A stretch of DNA of 5,876 nucleotides from Octopus sinensis (lineage: Eukaryota): positions 1 to 5,876 of the forward strand of contig NW_021829810.1 in the NCBI RefSeq assembly GCF_006345805.1. The letters are read 5' to 3'. The notes under the pieces were generated by a model that was not told the origin of the DNA, ran no database searches, and saw only the letters and a program-made list of their open reading frames with translations. Both the position numbers and the translations under genes were made by a program. This document shows positions 1-5,876 of this stretch, piece after piece (position 1 is the first letter of the stretch; every line of letters starts with the position of its first letter).

Positions 1-98
1 ATACAATAAGTACCAGCTGAGTATTGGAGTCGATGTAATCCTTTTATCCCCTCCTCCAAACTTGCCAGCCTTGTGGCAAAATGTGAAACCATTGTTGT
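1..98 (+). mobile_element. 3' part of a cephalopod-type SINE (window-truncated)
   Basis: ATAAGTACCAGCTGAGTATTGGAGTCGATGTAATC...GCCTTGTGGCAAAATGTGAAACC followed by a degenerate ATT/GTT tail resembles an octopus SINE 3' region as I recall it. The same AAGTACCAG...AGTATTGGAGTCGAT module occurs inverted at about 4525-4565. Family name not assigned. Confidence 0.6.
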
Positions 99-145
99 AG
101 TCTATCTGCTTCAAGATCCACATTTCCAAAAAGAATTGTATATTA

Positions 146-166
146 TGTGTGTGTGTGTGTGTGTGT
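146..166. repeat. (TG)10 microsatellite
   Basis: Direct reading of the sequence. Confidence 0.97.
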
Positions 167-568
167 ATTCATTTATTTACATGTGTGTGTATGCATTTGA
201 GTGTTGAACTGTCTTTCCATATTTGCAGTGAGGAGAAATCTTTGTTGCTTACAGGTCTCTGGTTACTAAGGCCTCCAAATTTTCTTCTTAATCGCAATAT
301 GTAAAAGCAGATGAATGGAAATTCGTGAAACATCTAGAATTATATGCCTAAGCTTACAGCCTTTAAAAGCTAAAACTGCTTCTTACAAGCGTGCATATAT
401 AATGACTAGGATCCCTCAAACATGAAATTCGTCTACTTTATGTTTGATAGAGCATCTATCTGTAAATTATATGACTCACAATTTATGCAAATGTGTGAAT
501 TTGAAGAACTGTTCAACTCATGATTAAATGGAAAATTGCATGTAAAAGTGATAAAATGTTATTTGCAT

Positions 569-605
569 GTATACTCATACACATATACATAATATCCATA
601 TATAT

Positions 606-669
<64 letters not shown>

Positions 670-752
670 TGTGTGTATTTGTGCATTTATATATTATATA
701 TATATATATATTTGTTTATATACATACATGCATTCACACAGATATTTTATAT
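569..752. repeat. Interrupted (TA)n/(TACA)n microsatellite
   Basis: Direct reading; explains the I/Y-rich ORFs 520..765 and 567..1001. Confidence 0.95.
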
Positions 753-857
753 AGACATGTCATAAAATTTATCCTGTTTTTTATATACTACCATAATATC
801 ATATATGCAAAAGAAAGGCCAACCCCACCCCAAAGAATCAATACTTTGGAAATGTAC

Positions 858-915
858 CTCTCTTCCTCTATTCCTCTTACTCTCCCTCTTTCTCTTTATA
901 CACACACACGCTTAT

Positions 916-992
<77 letters not shown>

Positions 993-1059
993 GAGAGATA
1001 GAGAGACAGAGAGAGATAGAGAGAGACAGATGTGTGTATGAATGTATCTATGTATATAT
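858..1059. repeat. Compound microsatellite: CT-rich tract, (CA)n, (TATATC)n, (TA)n, (GA)n, (GACA)n, GAGATA variants, (TG)n
   Basis: Direct reading of adjacent simple-repeat blocks. Confidence 0.93.
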
Positions 1060-1266
1060 CTTGTAGAAGGTTCCACATGCCTATCTCTCTTAATTATGTC
1101 GTGAATGTCAAGTTCTGAAAGTGAATTCCTAATAAGTCAACCCACATGCAAAGTGCACATCTCTTTTGCAGTGAAAGGATTTCCAATAACTTCTCAATGT
1201 TACCTTTCGCCATCTTCTCTTTTATCTTCCATCTTCATTATTGTATTTCTTGTTTACAATCTTTAC

Positions 1267-1314
1267 AAAAAAAAACAACAAAAAAAACAAAACACAAGAA
1301 AAAATAAAAAAAAA
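1267..1314. repeat. A-rich low-complexity tract
   Basis: Runs of A interrupted by C, G or T. Confidence 0.9.
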
Positions 1315-1339
1315 GCAGCAATACATACATGTGAGTGTG

Positions 1340-1433
1340 TATATATAAATATATATATATATATATAAATATTATTATATATATATATATTTATATATTT
1401 ATATATATATATATTATATATTATATAAATATA

Positions 1434-1494
<61 letters not shown>

Positions 1495-1557
1495 TTATAT
1501 GTATATATATATATATTAAATATATATAAATATATAAATATATATATATCATATATA

Positions 1558-1611
<54 letters not shown>

Positions 1612-1623
1612 ATATATATGTAT

Positions 1624-1657
<34 letters not shown>

Positions 1658-1697
1658 ATATTGTATATATATATTATATGTATATATTAATATATAT
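1340..1697. repeat. Very long interrupted (TA)n array (about 360 bp)
   Basis: Almost exclusively alternating A/T. Confidence 0.98.
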
Positions 1698-1845
1698 CAG
1701 AAAAGGCTGTAACTATCATTTGACTGCTTGCATCTTTCTATTCTTTAACTGATAGGCATTTTTTCACAATTTTTCTCCTTTCTGCTTTACATTTCTATAC
1801 TCGATATATTATTGTTGTGGATGTTCTTGCTGTTGACAGTATTAT

Positions 1846-1866
1846 TTGTTGTTGTTGTTGTTGTTG
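1846..1866. repeat. (TTG)7 within a GTT-rich low-complexity stretch (about 1811-1945)
   Basis: Direct reading; explains the poly-V and poly-L ORFs 1812..2018 and 1846..2070. Confidence 0.93.
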
Positions 1867-2127
1867 CTGCGAACGCATTATATATTTATTTATTTTTGTT
1901 TGTGTTGTTTGTTTCTTGCTGTAGTTGTTGTTGTTTTGTTATTGTCATCGTTATTTCCCTTTTCCTGCTACACACTCTTTTGTCCCCTGCTGTGTCTGAA
2001 TCTGTCTTCCATTGCTAGTCCATTCTCTTGCAAGTTGCAATGTTTCTATAGAAGAGAGAAAAATAAATAAATATATACACACACATATATATATATATTC
2101 ATACCTTGCAACACAATGCCACATAAT

Positions 2128-2185
2128 TTTTCTTTTTTTGTTTTTTCTTTTCATTTTTTTTTCCCTTTTCCTTTTTTTTTTTTTT
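2128..2185. repeat. T/C-only polypyrimidine tract ending in CAG (2186-2188)
   Basis: Direct reading. Confidence 0.9.
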
Positions 2186-2609
2186 CAGATGTTTGATGTT
2201 GATAAAGCAATTGACTATAGCACAATATTCATCAAACAAAATGCTATTTTCCACCCCCGTTAGGATAATGAATTTTTTAGTAATAGTCAAGCAAAAGTTA
2301 TTTACATCTTTTTCAAGTTGATGCCACTGTTATTCATTCATATAGATCTGTATGTAAGCCACATCTCCTTTCTTCATTCTACTGAATATTTTTCTGATGC
2401 AGAAACGGTCTTCCCTTGTCATGATGCGCTCACTAACAATATATCAACCACAGCTATTCAAACTATTGTTCAATAAAGATATATTCTTACTCTATCTCCA
2501 TATCTATCTTTTAATATATACCTTAATATTCTTATTTAATATTTATGTTTTTTTCCCCCCTCTTTCAGTGATTAATCTGTTTTTCCAGTTTTTTGTCATG
2601 ATTATCTGC

Positions 2610-2925
2610 AACATTTAGTAAATACATCTATTATTATAAAATAAATATACCATTGGTATAAATTCTTCCTTGCCATGTATGATTCATCTCCTCTAACTGT
2701 TATTCTCACATGCACATTAGTAAATGCTTATTTGACTATAATCAAATAAACAAACATATTACTTATCCTCAGTTCCTCTCTGAATGTTCTTCTTACAAAC
2801 ATTTCTTGGCCCTCTTCATATTTCTTTATATTCTTCACTCTATCCTTGATATATTATGGCCACCATACATATGTCATTTTGTAGAATTATTAGATTTTTT
2901 GGGTAAAATGGCTTGCAAGATCCAT
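2610..2925 (-). mobile_element. Degenerate Ty3/Gypsy-like integrase fragment (H2C2 zinc-binding region plus start of core), non-functional
   Basis: Minus-frame translation from 2925: MDLASHFTQKI**FYKMTYVWWP*YIKDRVKNIKKYEEGQE...YLIIVK*AFTN...YFIIIDVFTK. It has H-x12-YVWWP-x12-[C]-EE-[C]-Q spacing as in Gypsy integrases; the Cys positions are TAT and GGC, each one substitution from a Cys codon. Confidence 0.55.
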
Positions 2926-3106
2926 TCATTTCACATCTTTGTATTCAGAGTTCTTGTTACTCTGTTTCTGTTGGAATACATTGCATTTATTTCAGTTAAC
3001 TTTTAAAATAATGAAGAATTTGAAAAAAAACAAATATTATTAAGCTGGCGTTGGAAATATAAATCAACATAAAATTTGGATGAAAGGCTTTAATTCAAAT
3101 CCCTGG

Positions 3107-3290
3107 AACCTTTTAACATTTACACTAACTAAATTTGGCTGACCAGATCCAGCCACTCATACCTACCCTACAATGTCACAATAAAAATAAGAAATCACAT
3201 CAAAATCTTAAAGCTACAAGATAATACAGGATTAAATCAAAATAATGTGCATAAAGGAGCAATACCTTCAATATAGATTGAACTCCTTAA
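3107..3290 (+). mobile_element. Degenerate TTAA-type (piggyBac-like) non-autonomous MITE
   Basis: Starts AACCTTTTAACA, 11/12 identical to the TIR-like AACCCTTTAACA seen inverted at 4923-4934. The internal CCTACCCTACAATGTCA...AAAGCTACAAGATAAT matches a common octopus MITE as recalled. Ends in TTAA, but no clear right TIR. Confidence 0.45.
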
Positions 3291-3416
3291 CTGCAGTGAA
3301 AGCAGTCGATTTTGGAGAAGGAGAACTCCGAAATTAATACCCTCTTTCAACATGTCCTAAGCCAGCATGGAAGAGTATGGCTAATGTAACTAACATGAGG
3401 TATGTCTTATAACATA

Positions 3417-3650
3417 GAGTCATCGGTTGTTAGTTGTCGGAGCACTGCATCCTTCAAAACTTCCATGCTTCCTGAGATTCGCCAACACTACACTTGATTT
3501 TCTCCCCTCCATACACACATAAGCATGTATCTGACTCATACACTGTTCACTTTCCAGACATTTGTACATTACTGCATATGCTTTATACGCACTTTTGACA
3601 AGTTTTGGTGCACCTGAGCACTGTATACAATAATTTCATTATTATATTAT
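3417..3650 (+). mobile_element. 5'-truncated CR1/L2-like LINE 3' end (ORF2 C-terminus, 3' UTR and (ATT)n tail)
   Basis: 3417-3497 translates ESSVVSCRSTASFKTSMLPEIRQHYT*, resembling the LP-x-SVV-x5-SFK end of CR1-group ORF2. It is followed by about 140 nt of UTR ending in ATTATTATATTAT. Confidence 0.62.
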
Positions 3651-3710
3651 ACCAAGGAATGAACTATTCCATGTTAGTGAGCATTCTGCCACAGTTGGAG
3701 GATTGTGAGG

Positions 3711-3741
3711 TATATATATATATATATATATAATATATATA
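3711..3741. repeat. (TA)n microsatellite
   Basis: Direct reading. Confidence 0.95.
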
Positions 3742-4145
3742 CCCAGGTCTTTCACTATTTACTTGCATTCTTTAATCGCACTCTTTTCGCAATATCCTGT
3801 CACTTATATTATGGCATTTGAACCTCAAGGGTATGCCCTGGCACTTGTCACTATCTATATCTCTCTCTTCCTTTATTCAACCTCTCATTTATACCCTGAT
3901 CCCCATTCCTTGTGAGTATGCTCGACATTTTGCCACCAACTCCATCTTGCGGTCTTCCACACTCTCTCTCTCTCTCTTTCTTTTGCACTTCTCACAGGTT
4001 GGGCAACCGTGTATTTTCTTTGCGGTAGAACCCCTGTTTCTGTCTCCATTTCTGATCTTTCTCCCTCCCACTGGTCAGATAACCTTGTACTTCCTCTACA
4101 GCAAGACACCTACACCTATCTCACTATAACCTTTTCATCATTACC
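3742..4145 (+). other. Pyrimidine-rich segment, possibly a decayed retroelement (Penelope-like) terminal region; contains (CT)n at 3962-3977
   Basis: CCCACTGGTCAGATAACCTTGTAC...CTACAGCAAGACACC...CCTTTTCATC resembles an octopus repeat from memory only; no diagnostic protein motif. Confidence 0.25.
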
Positions 4146-4149
4146 TCCT

Positions 4150-4435
4150 CCAATGCCTCCTCCCCTCTTAAAAGTTTTTGCCTTGCAAGTACTTGGTGAC
4201 CCTGTCAGTGCAGGTGCCACTTAAAAGCACCCAATCCACACTGTAAAGTGGTTGGTCTTCTGAAGGGCATCCAGCAGACATCACCTGTGCTTGTGCCACA
4301 TAAAAAGCACTAAGTCCACTCTGCTGAGTGGTTGGTGTTAGGAAGGGCATCCAGCTGTAAAAACCCTGCCAAAACAGTCACAGAAGTCTGGTGCAGGCTT
4401 CGGCTTGGCTGGCTTTTGATGATGATGATGATGAT
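4150..4435 (+). mobile_element. SINE 3' body with (GAT)6 tail; internally duplicated and partly deleted
   Basis: Clear similarity to 5269-5520 (GGTGCCAC..AAAAAGCAC, GAGTGGTTGG.GTTAGGAAGGGCATCCAGC, CTGCCAAA, CTGGTGCAG). (GAT)6 at 4418-4435. Confidence 0.8.
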
Positions 4436-4446
4436 AACATTTGACA

Positions 4447-4895
4447 TCTTTTATCTTTTACTTATTTCAGTCATTAGCCTGTGGCCATGCTGGGGCACTG
4501 CCTTGAAGAATTTATAGTCAAATGTATTGACTCCTATACTTCTTATTTTTAAGCCTGGTAATTATACTATTGATCTCTTTTGCTGAACTGCTAAGTTACA
4601 CAAGCATAAAAACACACCAACACTGGTTGTCAAGCAACTGAAGTGGTGGGGGACACAAACACAGACACACATACAAGAAATATATATACATAAATATATA
4701 TACATATATATATATATATATACATATATATACAATGGGCTTCTTTCAGTTTTTGTCTACCAATCCATTCACAAGGCTTTGATCAGTCCAAGGTCATAAT
4801 AGAAGCCACTTGCCCAAGGTGCCATGCAGTGGGACTGAACCCAGAACCATGTGGTTGGGAAGCAAGTTTCTTACCATACAGCCATATCTGTACCC
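4447..4895 (-). mobile_element. Near full-length tRNA-derived SINE with an internal (TA)n microsatellite
   Basis: On the minus strand: Pol III A-box-like TGGCTGTATGG (4884-4874) and B-box-like GGTTCAGTCCC (4841-4831), then GGCACCTTGGGCAAG, central (TA)n at 4680-4732, and a 3' module shared with 1-40. Ends in an A-rich TAAAAGATAAAAGA. Confidence 0.82.
4680..4732. repeat. (TA)n/(TACA) microsatellite inside the SINE
   Basis: Direct reading. Confidence 0.95.
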
Positions 4896-4898
4896 ATG

Positions 4899-4999
4899 TA
4901 ACCTGTAACATAGTGACCTGATTGTTAAAGGGTTAAAATAGGAAGTTTGTATCATAGAAATATGAGAGGTCCCTGGCATGTTAGTATCAAAAGGATTAA
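4899..4999. mobile_element. Cluster of TTAA-type MITE termini (38-bp mini element plus a second right end)
   Basis: TAACC-TGTAACA (4899-4910) is an imperfect inverted repeat of TGTTAAAGGGTTAA (4923-4936). A second end, GTATCAAAAGGATTAA, lies at 4984-4999. Confidence 0.45.
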
Positions 5000-5063
5000 A
5001 CCTTATTATTGTCGACTTTTAGAACTGATAAATAGTGTGGCAATCACGATGGCAAATTACTGG

Positions 5064-5122
5064 AATCCCTAAAGATGTCTTGTAATATCAGATAATTCCA
5101 GAAATGTCTTGTGATAACAGAT
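5064..5122. repeat. Two-copy 29-30 bp imperfect tandem repeat
   Basis: AATCCCTAAAGATGTCTTGTAATATCAGAT versus AATTCCAGAAATGTCTTGTGATAACAGAT. Confidence 0.75.
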
Positions 5123-5268
5123 GAGAAACCTTATCATGGTATCAGTTGAAAACATAATTGAAATCCAATAAAATTTTGTTAATTCTCAGTTAAAAACCAC
5201 TAAGTTTTTCTTTTATATTTTCTTATTTGTGTTTTATTAAGGAAAATTTAATTCCCCCCCAAAAGTTT

Positions 5269-5516
5269 CCCTGGCCTCCATGCCGGTGGCACGTAAAAAG
5301 CACCATCCGATCGTGGCCGTTTGCCAGCCTCATCTGGCACCTGTGCAGGTGGCATGTAAAAAGCACCCACTACACTCACGGAGTGGTTGGCGTTAGGAAG
5401 GGCATCCAGCCGTAGAAACACTGCCAAATCAGACTGGGCCTGGTGCAGCCTTCTGGCTTCCCAGAACCGTCCAACCCATGCTAGTATGGAAAACAGACGT
5501 TAAACGATGATGATGA

Positions 5517-5520
<4 letters not shown>
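5269..5520 (+). mobile_element. 5'-truncated SINE with (GAT)5 tail (RTE-type 3' end inferred), relatively young
   Basis: Homologous to 4150-4435; ends GTCCAACCCATGCTAGTATGGAAAACAGACGTTAAAC(GAT)5; many CpGs retained. Confidence 0.85.

Positions 5521-5553
<33 letters not shown>
5521..5553. repeat. (AT)15 microsatellite abutting the SINE tail
   Basis: Direct reading. Confidence 0.97.
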
Positions 5554-5555
<2 letters not shown>

Positions 5556-5604
5556 GTTAAATAGTCCCAGGTTGTGTCTCTTTAAAGCTATATGCTTGTT
5601 TTGG

Positions 5605-5635
5605 CTTTTGCATTCTGAGTTCAAATTCAGTAGTC
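5605..5635 (+). mobile_element. Possible relic of a tRNA-derived SINE head (B-box-like)
   Basis: TTCTGAGTTCAAATTC resembles a Pol III B box; no A box or downstream body recognised. Confidence 0.22.
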
Positions 5636-5876
5636 AGAGTTAATCAGTTGACCATAGGAACAGAGATGAGTTGGTTGGGAACCGCTGCTTCAACACTGGT
5701 GATTTGGCAAGGCTTACTGGACATTGAACCTATTTTGGTGGCAGTATTTTTTCGCATTGGAGTCAAACACGCCACACATACATGCACAGAAATATACACA
5801 TAGAGATAGAAAGAAGAAGAGAGAGAGATTACACTTTACTAACTGAACATGATTAACATAAATACATTCCCTCTCC

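Noticed and set aside
229-522. Plus-strand acceptor at 227-228 and short protein-like frames (e.g. MKFVYFMFDRASICKLYDSQFMQMCEFEELFNS*)
   Set aside because: Stops in all frames, no good donor, no recognisable family.
1094-1213. 39-aa minus ORF MAKGNIEKLLEILSLQKRCALCMWVDLLGIHFQNLTFTT
   Set aside because: Length expected by chance; no supporting signals.
520-1529. ORFs 520..765, 567..1001, 805..1041, 1105..1368 and 1335..1529
   Set aside because: Open largely because of (TA)n, (GA)n and A-rich repeats; low-complexity I/Y/R/E/K translations.
1812-2290. ORFs 1812..2018, 1846..2070, 1951..2154, 2012..2263 and 2099..2290
   Set aside because: Driven by GTT repeats and the poly-T tract; no domain similarity.
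2280-2430. Minus-frame RMKKGDVAY...QW...KDV resembling a piggyBac transposase segment
   Set aside because: The following YN...GGVD motif is absent, there is an internal stop, and the match is too short.
2710-3006. 98-aa plus-strand ORF
   Set aside because: Same codon register as the minus-strand integrase fossil; best explained as an antisense shadow; no homology recognised.
3889-4071. Minus ORF containing CPTCEKC (zinc-finger-like)
   Set aside because: Isolated CxxC without flanking ligands or integrase/piggyBac context; the frame runs through a (GA)n repeat.
4820-4895. tRNA gene
   Set aside because: A/B boxes are present but there is no cloverleaf, and the sequence runs directly into a SINE body.
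5064-5122. CRISPR-like direct repeat
   Set aside because: Only two adjacent copies without spacers, in eukaryotic-type DNA.
4168-5415. ORFs 4168..4350, 4332..4517, 4794..4979 and 5227..5415
   Set aside because: Lie within non-coding SINEs.

Overview
AT-rich, repeat-dense eukaryotic DNA with no intact protein-coding gene that I can recognise. Most listed ORFs are artefacts of (TA)n, (GTT)n, poly-T tracts or SINEs. The repeats are tRNA-headed SINEs, SINE bodies with (GAT)n tails, a CR1-like LINE 3' end, TTAA-type MITE ends and very long (TA)n arrays. They resemble, from memory, octopus/coleoid cephalopod genomes; this is an inference, not a database result. Apparently unique DNA lies at about 200-560, 1060-1265, 1700-3100 and 5560-5876. 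The strongest hidden signal is on the minus strand at about 2930-2400: a stop-riddled fossil of a Ty3/Gypsy-type integrase. It has an H2C2 zinc-binding segment with YVWWP and canonical spacing, followed by a degenerate, internally duplicated core. A more speculative signal is a plus-strand 165-nt phase-0 exon candidate (2189-2353) blocked in that frame only by one UAG, which A-to-I editing could convert to Trp.
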